Under the pieces are notes generated by a model. The model worked only from the letters and a program-made list of their open reading frames with translations. It searched no databases and was not told where the DNA came from. The position numbers and the translations under genes were made by a program. From Sphingobacteriaceae bacterium (lineage in GTDB: Bacteria; Bacteroidota; Bacteroidia; Sphingobacteriales; Sphingobacteriaceae), in the NCBI GenBank assembly GCA_965279595.1, contig OZ257246.1, forward strand, positions 779,767 through 811,766: DNA of 32,000 nt, read 5' to 3'. Shown here in pieces: positions 9,065 through 16,894 of this stretch; the stretch's first letter is position 1, and the number at the start of each line of letters is the position of its first letter.

Positions 9065-9847
9065 CTATTTCTCCGCCACAAATAATAAAAAATGATTCAT
9101 TAAAAAATAAATGTCATCTACAACATGAAATTTTTTGATTGCTTCTGTAATTACTTCTTCAACAATTTGCTGATTATGTTTTTTTATAGCTGCTGCCGCC
9201 GGACCTGTGCCCATAAAGCTTTTCACCCCATCACCTAGTTCTGCATAATTGAAAGGACAAGGAATTTGATTGCGAGAAAGTAATTTTAAGTTCTGACTAT
9301 TTAAAATACTTTCTACTTTTCCATTTTCAGAAAGCGCGAAAGGTCCTGGTGTTCCAGCAGGAGGTGCTGGTAGTAATGTACCAATTGATTTTAAAACTTG
9401 AGTTGCATCACTTATTTCTGGTGTTGCCCAAATGGCTGCAACTAATTTTCCACCTGGTTTCAATACTCTTTTTGCTTCAGCAATTGCATTCTCAAAACTT
9501 CCGGCATATTGAAATGAATTGAATCCTACTACAACATCAAATGTGTTTTCTTTGAAAGGCAATGCTTCTAAATCGCCTTCCATAAAAATGTTGTTTGGAT
9601 TGCGTGTCTGCGCAACTTCTAAGAGTCCAGGTGCGGCATCAACACCAACAACCTGAGCGCCTACTGCAATTGCCATGGAACTAAATAAACCTGAACCACA
9701 GCCGGCATCTAACAAAAGGTCGCTTTTTGTTAGTTTTAATTGTGATAAGGTTTCATGATAAATTGGAAGAAACCAAGGTTCAAAATGTTTGGACCAATTA
9801 TGCGGAGCAATACTCCACAAATCTCCTTGAATTATTTTTGTACTCAT
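9065..9847 (-). CDS. Class I SAM-dependent methyltransferase
   Basis: Motif I is LLDAGCGSGLFS. An acidic post-I residue occurs in VVGVDAAP, followed by FDVVVGFNSFQY and LKPGGKLV. Confidence 0.85.
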   Translation of the reverse strand: MSTKIIQGDLWSIAPHNWSKHFEPWFLPIYHETLSQLKLTKSDLLLDAGCGSGLFSSMAIAVGAQVVGVDAAPGLLEVAQTRNPNNIFMEGDLEALPFKENTFDVVVGFNSFQYAGSFENAIAEAKRVLKPGGKLVAAIWATPEISDATQVLKSIGTLLPAPPAGTPGPFALSENGKVESILNSQNLKLLSRNQIPCPFNYAELGDGVKSFMGTGPAAAAIKKHNQQIVEEVITEAIKKFHVVDDIYFLMNHFLLFVAEK

Positions 9848-9867
9848 AAATAATGTTTTTATAAGTG

Positions 9868-9875
9868 CAAAAGTA
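9868..9875 (-). promoter_or_regulatory. Candidate Bacteroidota -7 promoter box for the methyltransferase gene
   Basis: The minus strand reads TACTTTTG, an exact TAnnTTTG match, about 20 nt upstream of the ATG at 9847. Confidence 0.45.
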
Positions 9876-9940
9876 ACTTAGCTTTTAAAAATAAATTTGA
9901 CTCAGAAGTTCGGAATGTTGACTTTAAAGATCATCGTGTT

Positions 9941-10792
9941 TTATTGTTTCAAAGAAATTGGACTGGCTCCAAATCGCAAACGAAATGCACGACTGAAGTG
10001 AGAAGTGCTTTCAAAGCCGCTTTCAAATGCAGCCTCAGCAACCGTTCTGCCAACATGATTTAATAAATTGTGTGCATGCTGTAGTCTACGTTCTAATAAC
10101 CATTTACCTGGAGTGGTCTGAAAAGTTTTTTGAAAATCTCTTTTAAAAGCAGAAAGACTTCGTGAAGTTAAACTTGCATATTCAAGCAAACTTAAATTAT
10201 ATGAAAAATTATTTTCCATTACTTGTTGCAAAGAAGTATGTCGAGGCTCTTTTAAGATTGAATTAAAATGTGCTAATAATTCTGTATTCAATGGGTTGTC
10301 TGCCAACATCAAAATCAATTCACGAAATTTCAATTCTATTAAAGAGGGATCTGGAGATTTGGGCGCATCAAAGTAAGAAGACATTGAATTAAAAAAACCA
10401 TGTACTTGCAATCCATTTTCAATAGGGATAATTATGTTTGTTTTCTCTTTGGAGTTATTTAATGGGCTTGATTTGGATTTCAATACATCATAAATAAATT
10501 CATCAGGAATAAAGAATAGAAAAAAACAAAACTCCGTTTCAAAAAACTGTTCAACAATGTTTGCTCCCTTACAAACAAACACACATTTGCCTTCTGTTAG
10601 GTCGTAAGATTTATTTCCTGCATGCCATATTTTTTTACCCTTTACAACATACACGATATAATTCATAGAGCTCCACACATCTTCAAATCTATTCTGAAGT
10701 GGGCAGTTATACATTGTCAATAATGTATCGCCACTTTGGAGTTGCTTATAAATTTGCGTGTTACTTTTTATTTGTACAGGTAAATTTATCAA
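9941..10792 (-). CDS. AraC-family transcriptional regulator (cupin-like N-domain + HTH_18)
   Basis: The C-terminus reads LSLLEYASLTSRSLSAFKRDFQKTFQTTPGKWLLERRLQHAHNLL ... VAEAAFESGFESTSHFSRAFRLRFGASP, the typical double AraC HTH. Confidence 0.9.
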   Translation of the reverse strand: MINLPVQIKSNTQIYKQLQSGDTLLTMYNCPLQNRFEDVWSSMNYIVYVVKGKKIWHAGNKSYDLTEGKCVFVCKGANIVEQFFETEFCFFLFFIPDEFIYDVLKSKSSPLNNSKEKTNIIIPIENGLQVHGFFNSMSSYFDAPKSPDPSLIELKFRELILMLADNPLNTELLAHFNSILKEPRHTSLQQVMENNFSYNLSLLEYASLTSRSLSAFKRDFQKTFQTTPGKWLLERRLQHAHNLLNHVGRTVAEAAFESGFESTSHFSRAFRLRFGASPISLKQ

Positions 10793-10805
10793 GGTAAAAA
10801 ATCAT

Positions 10806-11135
10806 TTAAGCTTTTCTAACAAATTCTGATTTCAATGCCATCGATCCAAACCCATCTATCTTACATGAAATATTATGATCTCCATCAGTCAAACGAATGT
10901 TTTTAACTTTTGTACCAGCCTTTAATGGCTTTGGTGCGCCCTTTACTGGCAAGTCTTTGATTACTATAACTGAATCTCCAGTTTTCAATTCGTTACCATT
11001 TGAATCAAGAACTATACTAGTACTCACCGTTTCTACTAATTCCTCAGTAGGAATCCATTCATTGAAACATTGTGTGCAAACCATCATCTCCTGGTTAGGG
11101 TACGTTAAATCTGAATTACAAATTGGGCAGTTCAT
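10806..11135 (-). CDS. phnA: PhnA/YjdM zinc-ribbon protein
   Basis: The N-terminal Cys4 ribbon is CPICNSDL...CTQCFNEW. The C-terminal PhnA domain reads DSNGNELKTGDSVIVIKDLPVKG...LKAGTKVKNIRL...DHNISCKIDGFGSMALKSEFVRKA. Confidence 0.85.
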   Translation of the reverse strand: MNCPICNSDLTYPNQEMMVCTQCFNEWIPTEELVETVSTSIVLDSNGNELKTGDSVIVIKDLPVKGAPKPLKAGTKVKNIRLTDGDHNISCKIDGFGSMALKSEFVRKA

Positions 11136-11139
11136 TTTG

Positions 11140-11200
11140 TTAATGGGTTAATGAGGTAATGTTAATTAGTTAATTAGCTAATTAACACATCAACACATTA
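11140..11200. repeat. AT-rich repeat tract, copy 1 (TTAAT/TAATTAACACATCAACACATTA family)
   Basis: The tract reads ttaatgggttaatgaggtaatgttaattagttaattagctaattaacacatcaacacatta. Its last 22 nt (11179-11200) are the perfect reverse complement of 11300-11321. Confidence 0.8.
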
Positions 11201-11205
11201 CTTAG

Positions 11206-11277
11206 TGGCCCCGACCAGAATCGAACTGGTATCAAATGTTTAGGAAACATCTATTCTATCCGTTGAACTACGGCGCC
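11206..11277 (-). tRNA. tRNA-Arg (anticodon CCT), 72 nt, no encoded CCA
   Basis: I folded the cloverleaf by hand from the minus strand. Acceptor GGCGCCG/CGGGGCC, D-arm GTTC-AACGGATA-GAAT, anticodon arm GATGT-TTCCTAA-ACATT, 4-nt variable loop, T-arm ACCAG-TTCGATT-CTGGT, discriminator A. There is one G4:G69 mismatch in the acceptor stem. Confidence 0.9.
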
Positions 11278-11282
11278 TTTTT

Positions 11283-11322
11283 TTAATGTGTTGATGAGAT
11301 AATGTGTTGATGTGTTAATTAA
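11283..11322. repeat. AT-rich repeat, copy 2 (inverted relative to copy 1)
   Basis: The copy reads ttaatgtgttgatgagataatgtgttgatgtgttaattaa. It contains an internal direct duplication of TAATGTGTTGATG (11284-11296 and 11300-11312). Positions 11300-11321 pair perfectly with 11179-11200. Confidence 0.8.
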
Positions 11323-11355
11323 ATCGTAGCAAAAGTACAAAAAAGTGGAGATTTT

Positions 11356-11395
11356 TTAATGTATTGATTAGATAATGAGCTGATGTGTTAATTGG
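11356..11395. repeat. AT-rich repeat, copy 3 (same orientation as copy 2)
   Basis: The copy reads ttaatgtattgattagataatgagctgatgtgttaattgg. It matches copy 2 at 34 of 40 positions in my hand alignment. Confidence 0.7.
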
Positions 11396-11481
11396 AAGGA
11401 GTGGCTGGATTAGTCAATTTAGTTTGCTTGGGATAGCTTTTAATCTGATTTTCAATAAAACTCAAATTCTGTGTAACGTAG

Positions 11482-11527
11482 TAATTAACACATTAGCTCA
11501 TCAACACATTAGCTCATTAGCTAATTA
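11482..11527. repeat. AT-rich repeat, copy 4 (same orientation as copy 1), overlapping the 3' end of the acyltransferase CDS
   Basis: The copy reads taattaacacattagctcatcaacacattagctcattagctaatta. Positions 11483-11502 are an 18/20 inverted match to 11374-11393 in copy 3. The repeat supplies the last codons and the stop codon (11517-11519) of the 11517..12599 gene. Confidence 0.7.
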
Positions 11528-12599
11528 AGAACCGATTCTTCAACCTCGTAATCCTACTTTCATAAAATTCATAGGATACATAAGCTACTACAATTAGCAG
11601 GGCCAAATTTAGGCTTGTATTTAATGCAAAACCAAAATTGAATTGCCATGGTTGGAAATGAGTGAATAATTGTTGCCAAATGTATAAGCTGTAAGATAAT
11701 ACCCCTAATGTGCGCATCCATTTTAAATTCAAAAACTGGGCGTAAAATGTCTGAGCATTTAAATTCAACAACAGTATCACTCCAATCAAAAAAGCAAAAA
11801 TCAATGGTGAAATAAATGGAATAAACCATAAGGATACTTTACAACGAAGTATGATTGCTATGAAAAAAACGATGAATGCTAAATAATATTGATTAAAATA
11901 TTTTACAATAGTGTTTGGAAATTTAAATGCTAAAATTGAAATTAATGAGCCAACTAAAATAAACACGGTTCCTCCTCCAAATACATTAATGATGGCAAAC
12001 GCTATTAAATGAATATTTCGATTTGATTGAAAAACGCCGATATTATTATATCCCAAAAAACTAATTAAAGTAATACTGAAAATTAAAAAGATAATAAGTT
12101 GGGTGTAATTTTTCAATGATAATTTAGAAAGTAAAAATGGAAACAATAAATAATACTGCTCTTCAATTCCTAAACTCCACAAATGCCCTGTATACCAATC
12201 TCCAGTAATGATTGGTAAATTTTTCACGAAAAACAAACTAGCTAAAAAATTGGCATTACTAATTGCCAATGAAAATATTTTATTCAGAAAAAACAAAACA
12301 AATAAATACAAAAAAACCAATGGTAAAATTCGAAGACTTCTTCGAATATAAAAATAGCCTAAGTGGATACTTCCTGTTTGCAACTTTTCTTTCAACAATA
12401 AAGTGGTAATTAAAAAGCCACTGATTACAAAGAAAATCTCAACTCCTACTCTACCTAATTCTAAATCATAAATAAATGGGTTGGCAAAAAACACATGCCC
12501 TGCTATTACCAACAAAATAGAAATGGCTCGTAGACCATCAACCGAAGGTAGAATAGCTTGCTTAAAAAATGCAGGTGTTTGAATTTCATTCCATTTCAC
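11517..12599 (-). CDS. Acyltransferase family 3 integral membrane O-acyltransferase
   Basis: The N-terminus reads VDGLRAISILLVIAGH ... VEIFFVISGFLIT. It is followed by about 10 predicted hydrophobic helices. The start codon is GTG at 12597-12599. Confidence 0.85.
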   Translation of the reverse strand: MKWNEIQTPAFFKQAILPSVDGLRAISILLVIAGHVFFANPFIYDLELGRVGVEIFFVISGFLITTLLLKEKLQTGSIHLGYFYIRRSLRILPLVFLYLFVLFFLNKIFSLAISNANFLASLFFVKNLPIITGDWYTGHLWSLGIEEQYYLLFPFLLSKLSLKNYTQLIIFLIFSITLISFLGYNNIGVFQSNRNIHLIAFAIINVFGGGTVFILVGSLISILAFKFPNTIVKYFNQYYLAFIVFFIAIILRCKVSLWFIPFISPLIFAFLIGVILLLNLNAQTFYAQFLNLKWMRTLGVLSYSLYIWQQLFTHFQPWQFNFGFALNTSLNLALLIVVAYVSYEFYESRITRLKNRFLIS

Positions 12600-12704
12600 G
12601 TTTAAATATAGAAACTAAATATTCAAAATAAATTATTTGATTGGCCATTTTGATTTATTGAAATAGTTTATACCTTTAATTTTCAACCTATTAAACCCTA
12701 AGCA

Positions 12705-14636
12705 ATGAAAAAATTATTTACGCTCCTCTTATTCATTACTTCATTTCATTTTTCAAGTTTGGCACAAAGTCAGGCAGCATTAGATAGCATGGAACGTACA
12801 CTCAGCAGCAATGCCCATGATACTATCAAGCTAAAAACACTTGGTGATTTAAGTTGGATGTATGGCTTTAGCAATTTTGAAAAGTCATTGCAATTTGGAC
12901 AACAAGAGTTGGCTTTGGCGGAAAAGCTGAATGATAAAGCAAGTATCGCATTGGCATATAGTGATATTGGTATTGCTTATACCCGTATGAGTAAACTTGA
13001 TGAATCATTGCAAGCACACTTAAAATCATTGGCTATTAGGAATGAATTGGGATTGAAAGAAAAAGCAGCAGGTTCTTACTCCAACATTTCATTAATTTAT
13101 AAACAGCTTGGCAAATACAAAGAATCTACCGATTATATGTTACGTGCTTTGAAAGTATATGAAGAAGTGAAAGATGAAAAGAAACAAGCATTGGTATTGG
13201 GTAATTTATCGAATCTGATTTTGAATATGGACCAATTAGATTTGGCAGCAAGTTATATTCGCAAAGGAATTAAGTTGGCAGAAAAAACACAATCCTACCA
13301 AACGCTTGCCAATTTATATACAAGTTATAGCAGCTATTTTTATAAAACAAAAAAATACGATTCAGCTTTGGTATATAATAGTTATGCTATTGAAGTTTAT
13401 ACTGGATTGAATAATTATACTGACTTAGCAGGTTCGTTGAACTCGCGTGGACAAATAGAAATAGAGCTTAAAAAATATCCAATTGCGATGAAATCTTTTG
13501 CTGAATCATTAGACATTCGTAAAGCTTTGGGTGATGAATTAGGTATTGGTACGTGTCATAAAAATATCTGTTTCTGTTTAATGAAATTGAAAAGATTTGA
13601 TGAAGCAATGGCACATATTGATACTAGTATTGAAATTTTCAAACGTACTGAATCACGAAATTATTTAAAAGAAGCTTACCTTTTTGTAATGGATATCTAT
13701 CAAGATAAAAATGATTATAAAAATGCAATGCTCTATTATAAATACTCTGAAGAATTGGAAGATAGCATCATTAATACAGAAACTACCAACAAAATGAATG
13801 AGCTGCAAGTTCAATACGAAACAGAAAAAAAAGAGCAGCAAATAAAAATTCAATCGCTTGAGTTAAACAGAAAAAATATTTTCATTGGCGTAATTGTTGC
13901 CATACTAGCCTTAACAATTTTTATCGCAACTCTTATTTATAATAGACGCAAACTCAAACAAGATGCGAAACTACAAGCAGAAATAATTAAACAACAAGAC
14001 TTAGCATCACGCGGAATTATTGAAGCAGAAGAGAATGAAAGAAAAAGGATTGCAGGTGATTTACATGATGGTGTTGGGCAATTGTTTTCTGCAGTAAAAA
14101 TGAACCTTTCAAGTATTAGTGAACAAATTAAAATAGATGATCAAAAAGTAAAAACATTGTATGATAAAACCATTGACATGGTTGATGAATCATGCAAAGA
14201 AGTGCGAAGCATTTCACATAACATGATGCCGAATGTTTTATTAAAATCTGGCTTAAGTTCTGCAGTACGTGAATTCATTAGTAAAATTGATGCAGATAAA
14301 ATTAAAATCAATTTAGAAACTTTCGGATTAAATGATCGATTAGATTCAAATATTGAAACAGTTTTGTATCGTGTAATTCAAGAATCTGTTAACAATGTAA
14401 TTAAGCATGCTGATGCCAATCAATTAGATATTCAATTGAGCAAAGACCAGGAAGAAATTACAGTTACTATTGAAGACAATGGCAAAGGCTTTGATACTAA
14501 CAATCAAGATAATTTTGAAGGTATTGGTTTGAAGAACATCAAAACCAGAGTAGAGTTTTTAAAAGGTACAGTTGAGTGGGATTCAACTATTGATAGAGGA
14601 ACTGTTGTTTCTATACATATTCCAATTACAGCCTAA
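12705..14636 (+). CDS. TPR-sensor histidine kinase (signal peptide, TPR ectodomain, coiled coil, TM, HisKA_3 + HATPase_c)
   Basis: The signal peptide is MKKLFTLLLFITSFHFSSLAQ, followed by TPR-like units and the TM helix IFIGVIVAILALTIFIATLIY. The HisKA_3 H-box is ERKRIAGDLHDGVGQ, and the ATPase motifs are NNVIKHA ... DNGKGF ... GIGLKNI. Confidence 0.9.
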   Translation: MKKLFTLLLFITSFHFSSLAQSQAALDSMERTLSSNAHDTIKLKTLGDLSWMYGFSNFEKSLQFGQQELALAEKLNDKASIALAYSDIGIAYTRMSKLDESLQAHLKSLAIRNELGLKEKAAGSYSNISLIYKQLGKYKESTDYMLRALKVYEEVKDEKKQALVLGNLSNLILNMDQLDLAASYIRKGIKLAEKTQSYQTLANLYTSYSSYFYKTKKYDSALVYNSYAIEVYTGLNNYTDLAGSLNSRGQIEIELKKYPIAMKSFAESLDIRKALGDELGIGTCHKNICFCLMKLKRFDEAMAHIDTSIEIFKRTESRNYLKEAYLFVMDIYQDKNDYKNAMLYYKYSEELEDSIINTETTNKMNELQVQYETEKKEQQIKIQSLELNRKNIFIGVIVAILALTIFIATLIYNRRKLKQDAKLQAEIIKQQDLASRGIIEAEENERKRIAGDLHDGVGQLFSAVKMNLSSISEQIKIDDQKVKTLYDKTIDMVDESCKEVRSISHNMMPNVLLKSGLSSAVREFISKIDADKIKINLETFGLNDRLDSNIETVLYRVIQESVNNVIKHADANQLDIQLSKDQEEITVTIEDNGKGFDTNNQDNFEGIGLKNIKTRVEFLKGTVEWDSTIDRGTVVSIHIPITA

Positions 14637-14643
14637 GTGATAT

Positions 14644-14672
14644 AGGGTATGGCATATACCCTTTAATGGGTA
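14644..14672 (+). terminator. Intergenic hairpins between the two paralogous kinase genes (weak terminator candidate)
   Basis: AGGGTAT (14644-14650) pairs with ATACCCT (14656-14662). An overlapping alternative pairs TACCC (14657-14661) with GGGTA (14668-14672). Only a short T tract follows. Confidence 0.3.
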
Positions 14673-14720
14673 TTGCTCTAATTTAACGAATACTTCATCT
14701 TTAATTTCAACCCAGAAAAG

Positions 14721-16631
14721 ATGAAGTATTCCTTATCGCGATTTATATTCTATTTATTCAGTCTCCTTTTTTTTACGCAAACTACTTTTGCTGAAATTGA
14801 CCCTATTGCAGAAAAAAAAGTAACTCAATTATTAATTCAATCTTCACAAAACAGATCAGAATTGTTGAGGCCTGCCATAAATCAGGCATTAACTGCCTAT
14901 TCGTACGCTGAAAACATTTCAGATACTTCACAAATAAAATGTTGCATTGCCATTGCCAATCTCTACAATGACATAGGCAATTATGATTCGAGTTTGTATT
15001 TTTCTCAAATTGGAAAAACAGTAGCTAGTAAAATAAATTCAAAAAGTGATTTAGCTGCCATTTACAATGCCATGGGAGTTACTTATATCAATCAACTCAA
15101 ATTCAAACAAGCAATGCAACACTATTTTCTAGCATTGAAAATTTTTGATGAATTAAAAATGCCAATGAGATGTGCAGATGAATACAGCAATATTGCATAT
15201 GTACATTCTCAAATGGGCAATTTCAAAGAGTCAAGACGATTCCAAGAAAAAGCATTACATATTTATCAAGAAAATAAATACAAAAAAGGAGAAGCTCAAT
15301 CATATAATAATTTAGGAATTCTATTTGCTGAAAATGGAAGATTAAATGAAAGTTTATATTTTTTCAAGCTTTCTAAAAATATAAGAGAAAAAATAAATAG
15401 CAAAAGCGATTTGTGTTGGACTTACAATAACATAGGTGGTATTTATACCATGATTGAAAAATATGATTCGGGGTTATACTATTTGAATAAAGCAGCTGAA
15501 CAATTCAAACTAACAGGAAATACTAATGGAATGGCAGCAGCCTTAGGTAATATTGGCTCAGTGAATAAAGATTTGAAAAAATACAAAGAGGCAATTGTGT
15601 TTTTTCATCGTGGATTAAACGTTGCTAAAGAAAATAAATACTATGATTTAATTGAAAATACTTATGCGGGTTTAATTGATGTTTATAAATTAACCAATAA
15701 CTATAAAACTGCTTTACTTTATGCCGATTCATTAGTGGCTTTGAAAGACAGTATTTATGATAAGGAGAGCAGCAAGAAAATTGCAGAAATGCAAGCTTTA
15801 TACGAAACGGAAAAAGCAAGTAGCGAAAACAAATTATTAGCAAAAGAAAACACAATTCAGAAATTAGAAATTGGTAGAAGGAAAATCTATATCATAACAT
15901 TAATTGTTTTGTTTATACTCATTACCATTATATATATTTCTTATTACAATAGATATAAATTCAAAAAAGAAAGTCAGTTGAGTATGGCTTTGTTTAAGCA
16001 ACGTGAAGAATCTTCAAAAGAAATTATTAAAGCGGAAGAAAATGAAAGAAGAAGAATTGCAACTGATTTGCATGATGGATTAGGTCAATTGTTTTCAGCT
16101 GTAAAATTAAACCTATCCGGCATTAGTGATAATATTTCATTTAATGATAATAACCAAAAAGAAGTATTTGAAAAAACTTTGAGTTTGGTAGATGAATCAT
16201 GTAAAGAGATTAGAGAAATATCACACGCCATGATGCCGAATGTATTATTGAAATCTGGCCTAGCCTCTGCCATCAGAAATTTCATTCAAAAAATAGACCA
16301 CCAAAAATTAAAAGTAAACTTAGAAACAACTGGTTTAGATCAACGTTTAAACCCTGAAGTAGAAACTATTCTATATAGAGTAATTCAAGAGTGCATAAAC
16401 AATGTAATAAAACATTCAAAAGCTAATCAATTAGACATTCAATTAATAAAAGATGAAGATGGCATGAATGTTACCATTGAAGACAATGGTGTTGGGTTTG
16501 ATAAAAACACCATTCAATCAGAAGGATTAGGGTTGAAAAATATTTATTCTAGAATAAATTATTTAAACGGAACCGTTGAATGGGATTCAGCAGAAGGTAA
16601 GGGGACATTGGTAGCTATCTTCATTCCTTAA
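14721..16631 (+). CDS. TPR-sensor histidine kinase, tandem paralog of 12705..14636
   Basis: The architecture matches the upstream gene: signal peptide, TPR units, TM helix IYIITLIVLFILITIIYISYY, H-box ERRRIATDLHDGLGQ, and ATPase motifs NNVIKHS ... DNGVGF ... GLGLKNI. The kinase cores are highly similar by eye, while the ectodomains are divergent. Confidence 0.9.
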   Translation: MKYSLSRFIFYLFSLLFFTQTTFAEIDPIAEKKVTQLLIQSSQNRSELLRPAINQALTAYSYAENISDTSQIKCCIAIANLYNDIGNYDSSLYFSQIGKTVASKINSKSDLAAIYNAMGVTYINQLKFKQAMQHYFLALKIFDELKMPMRCADEYSNIAYVHSQMGNFKESRRFQEKALHIYQENKYKKGEAQSYNNLGILFAENGRLNESLYFFKLSKNIREKINSKSDLCWTYNNIGGIYTMIEKYDSGLYYLNKAAEQFKLTGNTNGMAAALGNIGSVNKDLKKYKEAIVFFHRGLNVAKENKYYDLIENTYAGLIDVYKLTNNYKTALLYADSLVALKDSIYDKESSKKIAEMQALYETEKASSENKLLAKENTIQKLEIGRRKIYIITLIVLFILITIIYISYYNRYKFKKESQLSMALFKQREESSKEIIKAEENERRRIATDLHDGLGQLFSAVKLNLSGISDNISFNDNNQKEVFEKTLSLVDESCKEIREISHAMMPNVLLKSGLASAIRNFIQKIDHQKLKVNLETTGLDQRLNPEVETILYRVIQECINNVIKHSKANQLDIQLIKDEDGMNVTIEDNGVGFDKNTIQSEGLGLKNIYSRINYLNGTVEWDSAEGKGTLVAIFIP

Positions 16632-16681
16632 ATAAATTTGGAAACAAGTACTTATTTTCCATAATTTCGCAAGAAAAAACA

Positions 16682-16894
16682 ATGGCCGAATTTAAGATTC
16701 AAGAAGGTTGGGATAAAATCAAAGTTAAGATCCAACGCAAATACAGAGACGTTACAGATGCTGACCTAAACTTTAATGCAGGTATGGAAAATGAAATGAT
16801 CTTGCATTTGATGAAAACAATTAATAAAGACAGAAACTACGTAGAGTTTATGTTGAAAAAAATGGATTTCAATAAAGACAACAATAGGGTTTAA
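16682..16894 (+). CDS. Small CsbD/YjbJ-like stress protein (tentative)
   Basis: The 70-aa product reads GWDKIKVKIQRKYRDVTDADLNFNAGMENEMILHLMKTI. This follows the CsbD pattern W..hKG.hK..WG.LTDDDL....G....L.G.lQ. Confidence 0.45.
   Translation: MAEFKIQEGWDKIKVKIQRKYRDVTDADLNFNAGMENEMILHLMKTINKDRNYVEFMLKKMDFNKDNNRV

Noticed and set aside
9065-11135. phnA, the AraC regulator and the methyltransferase as a phosphonate-utilisation locus.
   Set aside because: PhnA/YjdM zinc-ribbon proteins are widespread outside phn operons. No C-P lyase, phosphonatase or phosphonate transporter genes are present.
11140-11530. The repeat tracts around the tRNA as a CRISPR array or as attachment sites of an integrated element.
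   Set aside because: The copies are in mixed orientation, imperfect and irregularly spaced, with no cas genes, so this is not a CRISPR array. No integrase, transposase or phage gene is nearby, and no duplicated tRNA 3' segment is present, so an integrative island at this tRNA is unsupported.
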